Assembly (NCBI GenBank): GCA_017432645.1
Contig: JAFRIU010000032.1
Location: forward strand, 1 to 60,117
Source: Bacilli bacterium
GTDB taxonomy: Bacteria; Bacillota_I; Bacilli_A; RF39; UBA660
Length of the DNA stretch: 60,117 bases
Direction of reading: 5' to 3'
Of the stretch, positions 9,194 through 18,861 are shown in pieces. The first letter of the stretch is position 1. Each line of letters begins with the position of its first letter. A program made the translations under genes and the position numbers. Under the pieces are notes generated by a model. It searched no databases and was not told the DNA's origin. It saw only the letters and a program-made list of their open reading frames with translations.

Positions 9194-11434
9194 TTAAAAG
9201 AAGTCTCTTTTCTTAATCATTCTTTTGTTTTCTAATTTCCTTTTCATGGCTTTGTTGGCATTGGCTAATGCTTCATTTTCTTGAATTTTTTCCAAAACAG
9301 AGAAATGGATTTGTTTTTTCTCTTTATCGGTCGATACTAGTTTTACTTTTAAACGATCCCCTACGTAATACGAAGTGTTACTTATAGAAATCATACTGAA
9401 GTTTTTAGGTTGATAAATATATTCTTCTTGGTCTAGTAGTACTACTCCTTCTAGTAAATTATTCAATTGAATCTCTAGGCCATATTCATTTACGGAGATA
9501 ACGACTGCTTCAAATTCTTCTCCTACTAGTCTATCAAAGTAGTTTATTGCGTTTAGTTTTTTTACATTTTTTTCTACTTTTTCTTGTATCATTTCCATTT
9601 TGGTTGCTTGATCCGCATAATCTGGTGCTAATTTTTTCCATTCATAAATTGCTCTTTTTCTTTTTTCTTCATCCTTTTCAAAATAACAATCTTTAGCAAT
9701 TCTTTCATTGGTATCATCTGCTAATCTACGAATTGGAGAAGTAAAGTGACAATAAATTGAAAATCCCGTACCGTAGTGCCCTATATTTTCTGTTGAATAA
9801 ATGGCAGGAGACATAGAGCGAATTAGTCTTGTTATTAAAACATCTTTTAAAGGACCTCCTTTTTCTTTGATGTGGGCAATTAATAATTGAAGATAGGTTT
9901 TATCCTCACAGATATCTTCTACTGAAAAGGCAAAAGGAATTCCAATTTTATCTAATAGTTTTAGAAGTTCTTTTAATTTTTCACGATTTGGAGTTCCATG
10001 TACACGGTATATTACTGGGATTCCTTCTGCTTCTAAGATCTCAGCAAAATTAGAATTGGCTAGAAGCATGAATTCTTCGATTAACTTTTCGGCCACATCT
10101 TGATAGCAAGCTTTTACATCAATTGGGTATCCATTTTCATCGTATAGGAATTTCAATTCTGGCTTTTCTAATTCTAATGCACCTCTTTGCATTCTCTTCT
10201 TTCTTAGCTTTTTTGCTAAAGCGGCCATTTTTTCTAAAGTTTCTTGATAAGCTTGATACTCTGGATCTATTATCTTATCTTTTAAAAGGCTATTTACTTT
10301 TTCATAAGTCATACCAATTCTAGATTTGATAACATTCAATACTAGAGAGTGACTAACTACATTAGCATTAGAGTCTATTTCCATTAGAACACCCATGGTA
10401 AGACGCTCTACTCCATCATTTAAGGAGCAGATGCCATTGGAAAGTTCTCGTGGCAATTGTGGATTTACACTACCATCAAAGTAGTAACTGGTTCCTCTTC
10501 GATAAGCTTCTTTATGAATAGGAGAAAAATTAGGAACGTAATGAGATACATCTGCAATTTCTACTCCTAATAATTGATTCCCATTTGGGAGAGTGTGTAA
10601 GGAAATACAGTCATCTTTATCTTTGGTATCTGATCCATCAATGGAAATGATTTCCCAATCCGTAAAATCTAGACGTCCTTCTTTATCTTTTTCTGTTACG
10701 GTAAGTGGAATCTTTTTTACTTGTTCTAGGCTTTCTTCACTAAAACCATAAGGCATGCCACATTGAAGAGCTTCTATTAAAGCTTCTTCTTTCGGATCAT
10801 CTTTATGCTCTAACTTCTCTATGATTTCTCCTATATAGAAATTCTCCCCTGCTGTCTTCTTTAAAGAAACGATTACTCTTTGACCTTCTATCTGTTCTCC
10901 TTCTAAAGCAATGGTGATGGATTCTTGCTTTTTATTGAGAGGTTTTACAAAGTACTGGTTTCCTAAACGAGTAATCTCTCCTAACACATTTCCCATGTTT
11001 CTATCTAGAACTTCTACTACTTTGGCTTTCCCTATTCCTAAAGATGTATCTACTAGGACAACATCCCCATCGATAGCAGAATTTATATTTTCCTTTGGAA
11101 CCTCTATTTTCTCTTCTACTACTACTTGATCTCCTTCTTTATCGATATAAGAGTTTATGGAAGTTACGATTCCGCCTCTTCCATCTATTGTGATTTTTCC
11201 TTTTCTATAAGGTGTTTTGCATAATAAAATATAGCCATCTGGCGTTTTAAAATAGGTCCAATCTTCTAGACCCTCTATTAAAATCTCTTGAACTTTTTTT
11301 ATGTCTTCTTCTGTTAATTCGAAAGAGTTATCCTCTATCTTTTTCAAAAGAGTTATTTTCTCTAATAATTGGTTTTTAGAAATTGCTCTTTTTTCTTTCT
11401 TTAAAATCCAATCAATACATTCTTTTAAATTCAT
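9194..11434 (-). CDS. RNase R / RNase II family exoribonuclease (divergent)
   Basis: IDGSDTKDKDD, LIEEFMLLAN, HFTSPIRR motifs; CSD and S1 regions. Confidence 0.85.
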   Translation of the reverse strand: MNLKECIDWILKKEKRAISKNQLLEKITLLKKIEDNSFELTEEDIKKVQEILIEGLEDWTYFKTPDGYILLCKTPYRKGKITIDGRGGIVTSINSYIDKEGDQVVVEEKIEVPKENINSAIDGDVVLVDTSLGIGKAKVVEVLDRNMGNVLGEITRLGNQYFVKPLNKKQESITIALEGEQIEGQRVIVSLKKTAGENFYIGEIIEKLEHKDDPKEEALIEALQCGMPYGFSEESLEQVKKIPLTVTEKDKEGRLDFTDWEIISIDGSDTKDKDDCISLHTLPNGNQLLGVEIADVSHYVPNFSPIHKEAYRRGTSYYFDGSVNPQLPRELSNGICSLNDGVERLTMGVLMEIDSNANVVSHSLVLNVIKSRIGMTYEKVNSLLKDKIIDPEYQAYQETLEKMAALAKKLRKKRMQRGALELEKPELKFLYDENGYPIDVKACYQDVAEKLIEEFMLLANSNFAEILEAEGIPVIYRVHGTPNREKLKELLKLLDKIGIPFAFSVEDICEDKTYLQLLIAHIKEKGGPLKDVLITRLIRSMSPAIYSTENIGHYGTGFSIYCHFTSPIRRLADDTNERIAKDCYFEKDEEKRKRAIYEWKKLAPDYADQATKMEMIQEKVEKNVKKLNAINYFDRLVGEEFEAVVISVNEYGLEIQLNNLLEGVVLLDQEEYIYQPKNFSMISISNTSYYVGDRLKVKLVSTDKEKKQIHFSVLEKIQENEALANANKAMKRKLENKRMIKKRDFF

Positions 11435-11494
11435 GACTGTTCCCCCTAGGTAATTTCTTACCTTATCATAAAATAGTCAAAAAAAAAAGACTTT

Positions 11495-11698
11495 TTAGTC
11501 TTTAAAGTCTAGATGAGCCATTAGAATTCCAATATTGATTAATCCGCAGACTCCTACTACTGTATAAATCGCTCTTGTCAAAAAGGATCCTACTCCAAAT
11601 ATGGCTCCTACGAGATCAAATTCAAAGATTCCAATTAAGCCCCAATTAATGGCACCAATAATCGTAATCACTAATAAGACTTTTTGAATTGTTTCCAT
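11495..11698 (-). CDS. DUF378 (YuzA-like) small membrane protein
   Basis: IIGAINWGLIGIFEFDLV signature. Confidence 0.9.
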   Translation of the reverse strand: METIQKVLLVITIIGAINWGLIGIFEFDLVGAIFGVGSFLTRAIYTVVGVCGLINIGILMAHLDFKD

Positions 11699-11715
11699 AT
11701 GATTCCTCCTACTTA

Positions 11716-11744
11716 TAAGATGGTCATAAATTCAATTTTTATAC
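11716..11744 (-). promoter_or_regulatory. Putative sigma-G (forespore) promoter for the DUF378 gene
   Basis: GTATA-N17-CATCTTA fits the gnATA-N17/18-cAtnnTA consensus. Confidence 0.55.
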
Positions 11745-11760
11745 AAAAAAAGAATGGTTT

Positions 11761-12774
11761 TTAACCAATTCTTCTTATGGATAGTATTTGTGTTCCAGAA
11801 CCATATAACCAACTGGCAATGGTATGTTCTTCTACTCCTCCACTAGGATTTGTGGCATGTACCATCTTGCCATTCCCTACATAAAGGGAAGAATGCGTTG
11901 CTTGTCCATTAGAGTATCCCCAAATGATAATATCTCCTGGCTCTGCGGAGTCATAGCTTACTCCTACTCCATCATAGATTTGTGTTGTGCTACTTCTGCT
12001 AACAGATATACCTATTCTAGAATAGACATATTGAACAAAGCCACTACAATCAAAACCATTTGGTCCATTTGAACCGGATATATATGGATATCCAATATAA
12101 GAATAAGCGATAGATACTAAATCTGAGGCACGTGAATTAGGAGCTAGATTACTATAAGTTGGCTGATAGTACTTTCTTTTTGGTGCAACAATTTCTAGAA
12201 CGAAATCTGCTGTTGTAATGTTTTTACTTTTGTCCATTGCAACTACTCTTACATCATGTTCTCCAACATCTCCAATTGTATCTCCATCATACTCTACATG
12301 ATAGTAGAAGCGATCTTCTTCGGATACTTCTTCCTGATAAGGAAGATCTCCATCGACATCATCTTTTACCCAATCTATATTTTCTAAAAGATTAATCCCC
12401 TCTCCTTTAGTTAGTGTCATTTTTTCTTCTTTTAATTGAATAGTAGGTTCTACACTATCGATTACAGAAATCACTAAAGGAACTTCTTTTACGATATTCT
12501 CTTTTTTTACTTCGACAACCACTTCTTGTTCTCCGACTACATTCGTATCAATATCTTTTTTAATTGATACGATTTCTCCCTCGACTTTTTTGATGTAATT
12601 ATGAATATCATAATTTGCACTACCATACTCTACGGCATGATTTTCATTCATGACTATCGTTATGGTTTGATAAATGTATTCCCTACTATAAATGTAGATA
12701 CAAGATGCCATGATAGAAAATACAATAATTAAAAAAGCTAGCTTTCTTTTCGAGGGTCCACCCATCGATTTCAT
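11761..12774 (-). CDS. NlpC/P60 (C40) cell-wall endopeptidase with Ig-like stalk and membrane anchor
   Basis: GYPY, FDCSGFVQYVY, THSSLYVGNGKMVHA. Confidence 0.9.
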   Translation of the reverse strand: MKSMGGPSKRKLAFLIIVFSIMASCIYIYSREYIYQTITIVMNENHAVEYGSANYDIHNYIKKVEGEIVSIKKDIDTNVVGEQEVVVEVKKENIVKEVPLVISVIDSVEPTIQLKEEKMTLTKGEGINLLENIDWVKDDVDGDLPYQEEVSEEDRFYYHVEYDGDTIGDVGEHDVRVVAMDKSKNITTADFVLEIVAPKRKYYQPTYSNLAPNSRASDLVSIAYSYIGYPYISGSNGPNGFDCSGFVQYVYSRIGISVSRSSTTQIYDGVGVSYDSAEPGDIIIWGYSNGQATHSSLYVGNGKMVHATNPSGGVEEHTIASWLYGSGTQILSIRRIG

Positions 12775-12878
12775 AAATTATTGTCCTCCCTGAATGAGAT
12801 TTATTATAGCATGTTTCATTGGATTGTCAAAATCTTTCTTCTTTTACTATTATGATAGAATTCTTCCTTTTTATACTT

Positions 12879-14222
12879 TTATCGTTTAGAAAGTTCCACT
12901 ACTTTTCGCCATAGAAGAGGTCCTACCACTCCATTCACATCGAAACCATAATCTTGTTGGAGCTTCTTGACTGACTTCTCCGTTAATTCATCAAACGTTC
13001 CATTTACTCTTACTCCTGGAATCGAGTGATCATACTGACAAATGGAAAGCAAAAATCTTTGAAACCTTTTTACGTCTTCTCCTGTTGTACCTCTTGTTAG
13101 AAAATAATCCGGATATAATTCTTCTACATAGTTTTGATATTCTACAGGAAAAGATTTTAGAATTTTATCATAAATATCTTTTAATACCTTCCAATCTTGA
13201 TAAGTGAAAACTCCTGTTACTGGTAGACCATATTTTGCTTGAAATGCTTTTACCATGGTGATGGAATTATTATTGTAGATGGAATTGGTTTGCAATCTTG
13301 GAATATCTGGATCTAAAAAAGCAATTGCATTCAAAAAGTAATGAATGTGTTCTACTTCTATTCCTGTATCTCCATAATTTAATTCATCTTCATAAAGAAA
13401 TGTCGCTTCTTTTTCACTTAATCCTTCTGAATATAGATCAGATAATTTCTTTACACTGGTATAAACATATTTGATTTTATACCAGGTAGCTTTGTCTACG
13501 ATGCCTGTTACTGGCAGACTGAATATCTCTTGAAATTTTTTTACGGCTGAGGCAGTTTCTTCATCATAGATTCCTAAGGTGTCTGTAATTTCTGGAATAG
13601 CAGGATAATTCTTTTTGATCCTTTTTAAATCTCTTTGAATCGCAAGGACTGGATTTCCTGCACTCCCTAATCCAATTTCATATCCAGGATATCCTTCTGT
13701 TATATTTCCAACAGGGGCATTCTCAAAAAGAGAAATGTCTTGTCCATAATAGTATTTTAAGATTTCTAATGGCGTTTTTCCTTCATTTGCGAGTGATACT
13801 GTCCCCCATTGTGAAAGTCCCTCACAAGTTGTTTTTCTACCGTCACAATATCTCGTAAAATAAGGTTGGATTTGATTTCCTTTTACCACATAATTATTGA
13901 ATATTTCTTCTACAATATTATTCAAATTCTCATAGGTAGATCGATTTTCTACAAATGACTGATCATAAATAGGAGAAGATGTAATATCAAAATTATATCC
14001 TTTACTACGATACCATTCATTATAAATGCGATTCATGGCGAAGGATATGATAGCGTAAATATTAGCAACCAAACTGTTTTTTGGCCAAGTAGGATATAAT
14101 TCACTGGAAGCTACATTAGAAATATAATCTATGAAAGAAACACTAATATCTCTAGCAGATTCTGTTGGCTTTCCCAAGTGAACTGTAATGGTATTGGGTA
14201 CGACTGGATATCTAATAGCCAT
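12879..14222 (-). CDS. SleC-like spore cortex-lytic enzyme (SpoIID-like domain plus peptidoglycan-binding repeats)
   Basis: ITVHLG, DYISNVASSELYPTWP, NRIYNEWYRSKGY, GLSQWG; three PG-binding repeats; AGGAGG before ATG 14222. Confidence 0.85.
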   Translation of the reverse strand: MAIRYPVVPNTITVHLGKPTESARDISVSFIDYISNVASSELYPTWPKNSLVANIYAIISFAMNRIYNEWYRSKGYNFDITSSPIYDQSFVENRSTYENLNNIVEEIFNNYVVKGNQIQPYFTRYCDGRKTTCEGLSQWGTVSLANEGKTPLEILKYYYGQDISLFENAPVGNITEGYPGYEIGLGSAGNPVLAIQRDLKRIKKNYPAIPEITDTLGIYDEETASAVKKFQEIFSLPVTGIVDKATWYKIKYVYTSVKKLSDLYSEGLSEKEATFLYEDELNYGDTGIEVEHIHYFLNAIAFLDPDIPRLQTNSIYNNNSITMVKAFQAKYGLPVTGVFTYQDWKVLKDIYDKILKSFPVEYQNYVEELYPDYFLTRGTTGEDVKRFQRFLLSICQYDHSIPGVRVNGTFDELTEKSVKKLQQDYGFDVNGVVGPLLWRKVVELSKR

Positions 14223-14613
14223 TTTGGCCTCCTGGAGTAAAATTAATATTTTGGACAACGCAAATTCCATCATACATATTGACTAAGAATTCTTGAGGTA
14301 AACTCATTTTGGATGTTGCTGTAATATGATATAGTGTACTGGTTGGTGCTTGTAAGTTATTTAGTTCTAGCGGTGGTGCCGGTAGAGATAATGTTTGAAT
14401 CATTCCAGAAGCATCGGTTTCTCCATCAAAAAAGATAACCTTTTCTTCTTTTAAATCTGTACTGACTGTAATGTGTAATCCTCCTACTGGGATTGCCTCA
14501 CTAGCAGCATAAGCTCGTATTTTTAGATTCCCTTTCCCAGAATTTAGAGTAATAAACTCTTGATACTCTTTACTCTTTTTGAATTCTTCATCTTGAATAG
14601 ATACAGTATTCAT
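14212..14613 (-). CDS. Stand-alone protein resembling the SleC N-terminal (pro) region
   Basis: GNLKIRA...AIPV...TDASG...LSLPAP...YDGICVVQNI pattern; overlaps the SleC-like start. Confidence 0.6.
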   Translation of the reverse strand: MNTVSIQDEEFKKSKEYQEFITLNSGKGNLKIRAYAASEAIPVGGLHITVSTDLKEEKVIFFDGETDASGMIQTLSLPAPPLELNNLQAPTSTLYHITATSKMSLPQEFLVNMYDGICVVQNINFTPGGQNGY

Positions 14614-14620
14614 ATTCCTC

Positions 14621-15454
14621 CTAAATTTGTAATATTTGACCAATGACTAATAAATTACTGGTCAAATTATTTTTTTTCTTAATTGCATCTACCGTCGTAT
14701 TAAACTTTTTCGCTATGCTATATAAACTATCTCCTCTCACTACAGTGTAGGAATTTCTCTTGACTGGAAGATACAGTATTTGTCCCGGATAGATTGTTGT
14801 TTCTAAATTGTTGGTGTTTATGAGTTCTTGAACATTGAGATTATACTTTTTTGCAATACTATATAGCGTATCCCCTTTTTGAACGATATATTCTTCTTTA
14901 TTCGTTTCTTCTATTGGCATATATTCTTCTCCAAAACACTCTTCTACCATCTCATTTAGCTTTTTTCTGATTTTCAAATTCTGACCAATCGTTAAATTCT
15001 CAGTTTTTAATCCATTATCTTGCATGATAGATTCTATTGTCGTGTTATAGATTCTTGCAATTGAGTATAGAGAGTCTCCTCTTTTTACGGTATAGTTTAT
15101 GTACTCTGGTACGTATAAATCTTCTTCTTTAGTATAGATTTCTGGAATTCTTAGTACCTGGCCAATATATAAATCATTACTTGTTAGATAATTTAAATTC
15201 TTGATTGATTCTACACTTGTTCCATAGACTCGTGCAATATTATATAAGGTATCTCCTTTTTTTACTGTGTAATAGAACATATTATCTGGATTTTCTCCAC
15301 TGTTTGTTGGAATTAGTAGAGTCTGTCCTATTTGTAAGGTTGCAGCATTTACACCATTTAAGCTGGCAAGTTCTGTTACGGATACTCCAAACTGGTTACT
15401 GATTCCATAAAGGGTATCTCCTCTTTTCACGATGTATGTTTGTATTTTTATCAC
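14621..15454 (-). CDS. LysM-repeat peptidoglycan-binding protein (five LysM domains)
   Basis: Five YxVxxGD[TS]LYxI[AS]...GQxLx repeats; real start possibly ATA at 15445. Confidence 0.92.
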   Translation of the reverse strand: MIKIQTYIVKRGDTLYGISNQFGVSVTELASLNGVNAATLQIGQTLLIPTNSGENPDNMFYYTVKKGDTLYNIARVYGTSVESIKNLNYLTSNDLYIGQVLRIPEIYTKEEDLYVPEYINYTVKRGDSLYSIARIYNTTIESIMQDNGLKTENLTIGQNLKIRKKLNEMVEECFGEEYMPIEETNKEEYIVQKGDTLYSIAKKYNLNVQELINTNNLETTIYPGQILYLPVKRNSYTVVRGDSLYSIAKKFNTTVDAIKKKNNLTSNLLVIGQILQI

Positions 15455-15500
15455 CTCAATTCATTATATTCTTCTTATAGAATTTCATTCTTTGGACATA

Positions 15501-15527
15501 AAAAAAGAGAAGGTTTCTTCTCTTTTT
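15501..15527 (-). terminator. Intrinsic terminator downstream of the nucleoside kinase
   Basis: AAAAGAGAAG-AAAC-CTTCTCTTTTTT on the minus strand. Confidence 0.75.
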
Positions 15528-15584
15528 CTGTTATTGTAGATGGGGTTCATTGCTTTTCGAGCCAACTGAAATCCTTACTATTTT

Positions 15585-17240
15585 TTATTCGTGGAAATAA
15601 CTTCCTCCGATAAATTCTCTAATTACCGCATCGGCTGGAATCGCATCGGCTGGAATTGGTAAGAATTGACGGAATATTCTTAATAGTCTTTTGGCTTCTT
15701 CATAGTATGGAGATTCCGGTTCAATTGCATATAATAATGGCTCTACATAAGTTTTTAATACTCCTATTTCATAGATGGCTGCAGAATTAATCATGGCATC
15801 ACTTTCATCTTGGAATGGGAAGATATATTTTTCCTCACCGCTTCTTACACTTGGCCATTGTTTTAGAGTATGCTCTACGGTATAATTTCTAGTTCGATTA
15901 TCTCTTACTATTCTTCTTAACAAACGATTATCACTTGTAGCAATACGGCTATGAGTATCCATATTTACTTCCGTTAATGGAGAAATATAAATCTTATACT
16001 TCTTGTCTCTAGAAATATTTGTTAAAATTTTATTATTCAAGGCATGAATTCCTTCAATAATTAATATATCGTTTTCTTCTAATTGCATTTCTCTCTTATA
16101 CTCTTTTTTACCAGTTGTGAAATTAAAAGTTGGGATTTTAACATTCTCACCTTTTAAGAGTTTTGCCATTTGCTCATCAAATAATTTTAAATTAATGGCT
16201 TCTAAACATTCAAAATCGTAATTTCCATTTTCATCTTTTGGTGTTTCTTCTCTTTCTACAAAATAGTCATCCATACTAATGGCTTTTGGATGAAGACCGA
16301 AACTTTCTAAGTACATGCATAATTTTCTAGAAGTTGTTGTTTTTCCTGAAGAAGATGGTCCAGCAATTAAGACTATTTTGATTTTATCCTTAGCTGCATT
16401 AATTTCTTTGGCAATGGATAATAAACGATTGCTTTGAAGGGTTTCATCAATCTTAATTAAATCACTGATTTTACCTGCAGAAACTACACGATTCAAATCC
16501 GCACAATTTTGCACTTTCATTAATTTTGCCCATTCTTTAAATTCATTGAAGGCTTCAAATAAGATAGGATGATGTTCATATTTTTTGATTTTATCTGGAA
16601 TATAAACTGTTGGAAATCTTAATGCAAATCCGTTTGATTTAATAAAAGTTAAATCAAAATCTTTTAATTTGCTGGTGGAAGATGGCATTAGATTATAAAA
16701 ATAATTATAAAGATTTCCTAGACGATAAAGAGTAATATAGTTATCGGTATTGTATTTTAAGACTTCTGCTTTGACATCATCTCCAATATCATGGAAGTAT
16801 TTCATAGCTTCTAATCGATCAATCGTTAGTTTTGTAATTGGCATATCTTTTTGAATAATAACTTTCATTTCTTCTTTTAACTGATTTAATTTTTCTTCCG
16901 TTAGGCGAAAAGTTGTCTGAAAATAAATTCCTTTATCTGCAGAGTGTTGAACGATAATATTGGCTTCTTCTCCAAATAGTTTTTTGGTTGCATAGAGCAT
17001 AATTAAAGTAAGTCCACTAATATGTACTCTATTTCCTTCTGGAGAGGTCAAATCTAAAAATTCTACTTCACAGTCTTCTGTTAACTTGTAAGATAATTCT
17101 TTCAAACGATTATTTACACGAGCAATTAGAATAGGATAGCGACTATCTCCTTGATGCTCCTGATAAATCTCTTGTAAGGTTATATTTTTATTATAAGTAT
17201 AGGTCTTTTTATTGATGGTTACTTGTATCGTGCCTATCAT
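15585..17240 (-). CDS. Nucleoside (uridine) kinase with N-terminal TGS/ThrRS-like region
   Basis: IAGPSSSGKTT, ISMDDYF, IIEGIHALN, DNRLLRRIVRD. Confidence 0.9.
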   Translation of the reverse strand: MIGTIQVTINKKTYTYNKNITLQEIYQEHQGDSRYPILIARVNNRLKELSYKLTEDCEVEFLDLTSPEGNRVHISGLTLIMLYATKKLFGEEANIIVQHSADKGIYFQTTFRLTEEKLNQLKEEMKVIIQKDMPITKLTIDRLEAMKYFHDIGDDVKAEVLKYNTDNYITLYRLGNLYNYFYNLMPSSTSKLKDFDLTFIKSNGFALRFPTVYIPDKIKKYEHHPILFEAFNEFKEWAKLMKVQNCADLNRVVSAGKISDLIKIDETLQSNRLLSIAKEINAAKDKIKIVLIAGPSSSGKTTTSRKLCMYLESFGLHPKAISMDDYFVEREETPKDENGNYDFECLEAINLKLFDEQMAKLLKGENVKIPTFNFTTGKKEYKREMQLEENDILIIEGIHALNNKILTNISRDKKYKIYISPLTEVNMDTHSRIATSDNRLLRRIVRDNRTRNYTVEHTLKQWPSVRSGEEKYIFPFQDESDAMINSAAIYEIGVLKTYVEPLLYAIEPESPYYEEAKRLLRIFRQFLPIPADAIPADAVIREFIGGSYFHE

Positions 17241-17335
17241 AAAATCACTCCCTTATTTTTAGTATATCACATTTTGTCATATTGATATATGAATAAATAA
17301 TATGGTTGACACTATACTAATTATAGGTGAATCCT

Positions 17336-17905
17336 ATGAATTATATTCCTATCGTTGTAGAACAAGGAAATGATGGAGAAAGAAGCTATGACATTTATTC
17401 TAAGTTATTAAAGAATAGAATTATTTTCTTATCGGGTGAAATTGACGATACGCTTAGTAATAGCATAGTAGCTCAGCTTCTTTATTTGGACTCTTTGAAT
17501 CATGATGATATCTATCTCTATATTAACTCTCCTGGTGGGAGTGTTTCTAGCGGACTAGCTATTTATGATACGATGAGGTTTATTCATAGTGATGTTTCTA
17601 CTATTTGTTTTGGAATGGCAGCTAGTATGGGAGCTTTAATCCTTTCCAGTGGAGCAAAGGGAAAAAGGATTATTCTTCCAAATGCTGATGTGATGATTCA
17701 TCAAGTTTTAGGAAAAAGTGAAGGACAAGCAAGTGATATTCAAATCGCAACAGAGAGAATCTTAAATCTAAAAAAGAGACTGAATGAAATTCTTGTGAAA
17801 AATACTGGAAAGAGTCTTGCTAGAATTGAAAAAGATACTGATCGAGACCATTATTTATCCGCAAAAGAGGCTATTGCTTATGGTATTGTGGATAAAATGG
17901 CATAA
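17336..17905 (+). CDS. clpP: Clp protease proteolytic subunit
   Basis: YINSPGG, AASMG, MIHQ, DTDRD motifs. Confidence 0.95.
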   Translation: MNYIPIVVEQGNDGERSYDIYSKLLKNRIIFLSGEIDDTLSNSIVAQLLYLDSLNHDDIYLYINSPGGSVSSGLAIYDTMRFIHSDVSTICFGMAASMGALILSSGAKGKRIILPNADVMIHQVLGKSEGQASDIQIATERILNLKKRLNEILVKNTGKSLARIEKDTDRDHYLSAKEAIAYGIVDKMA

Positions 17906-17915
17906 AAAACAGGAA

Positions 17916-18860
17916 TTATTTTTCCTGTTTTTCCATTTTTCGAAAGCGAGATGCTAAATCTCTTATTTTTTTCAAACGATGATTAAGACCTGATTTAGTA
18001 ATAGACTTGTTTGTTTCTAAAGAGATGATTTCAGCAAGTTCTTTTAAGGAAGACTCTGGGTATTTCTTTCTATATTGTAGAGTTTCTCTTACTTTATCGT
18101 CCAAAAGACCAAGTCCATCGTTTTTTTCGATGATCTCAATGTCTTCTAGTTGAAAAGTAGCGTTTTGAATGACTTTATCCATATTGGCTTGTTCACAATT
18201 ATTCAGACGATTAGTTTTATTCTTTTTATCATGATAAACTCTAACGTCTTCATAGTACATTACCGCTTTAGAAGCATCTAATATCTTGATAAAATCACTG
18301 ATTTTTTCAGCTTCTTTGATATAGATCATATATCCTTTTTCCCGGCTTAAAATCTTAGCATTTAAATCAAATATATTTAGTAATTTTTGAAGAAATACTG
18401 CTTCTTCTGATTGAGAAGCTAATAATTCCATGTGATAGCCGGATGTTTTGGGGTCATTGATGCTTCCCACTCCCAAAAAGGCACCTTGGAGATACCCTCT
18501 AATTTCTTCATTTCCACCGACAATATATTCTGGTGGTATCGGTAGATACTCCTCTTTTGCATTCCATATTCCTAAGTCTTCTAACATTTTGTTTTCTGTT
18601 TTGGGAATGGATATTTGGTACAATTCTTTTTTGCTAAAATTTAGATTTTCAATCACTTCTACATCGAACTTTTTTTGATAAAGTTGGTTTATAATTTCCT
18701 GAATGTAGTCAATTAAAAACTTATTCTCTGTTGTCATCGTAATCTCTGGTTTCGAAAAGTCGCCATTATTTCGAATATAAGAAGATAGAAGAGCTAGTAA
18801 AACCGGTTTAGATTTTTCCCTTTCTGTCATTTCTTCTTTGATTCTAATTGTAAAGGACAT
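17916..18860 (-). CDS. whiA: DNA-binding protein WhiA
   Basis: GSINDP, YHME, NRLNNCEQANMDK, TKSGLNHRL. Confidence 0.95.
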   Translation of the reverse strand: MSFTIRIKEEMTEREKSKPVLLALLSSYIRNNGDFSKPEITMTTENKFLIDYIQEIINQLYQKKFDVEVIENLNFSKKELYQISIPKTENKMLEDLGIWNAKEEYLPIPPEYIVGGNEEIRGYLQGAFLGVGSINDPKTSGYHMELLASQSEEAVFLQKLLNIFDLNAKILSREKGYMIYIKEAEKISDFIKILDASKAVMYYEDVRVYHDKKNKTNRLNNCEQANMDKVIQNATFQLEDIEIIEKNDGLGLLDDKVRETLQYRKKYPESSLKELAEIISLETNKSITKSGLNHRLKKIRDLASRFRKMEKQEK

Positions 18861-18861
18861 C

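Noticed and set aside
15628-15657. Tandem repeat GCATCGGCTGGAAT x2
   Set aside because: It encodes IPADAIPADA in the conserved kinase C-terminus and is explained at protein level
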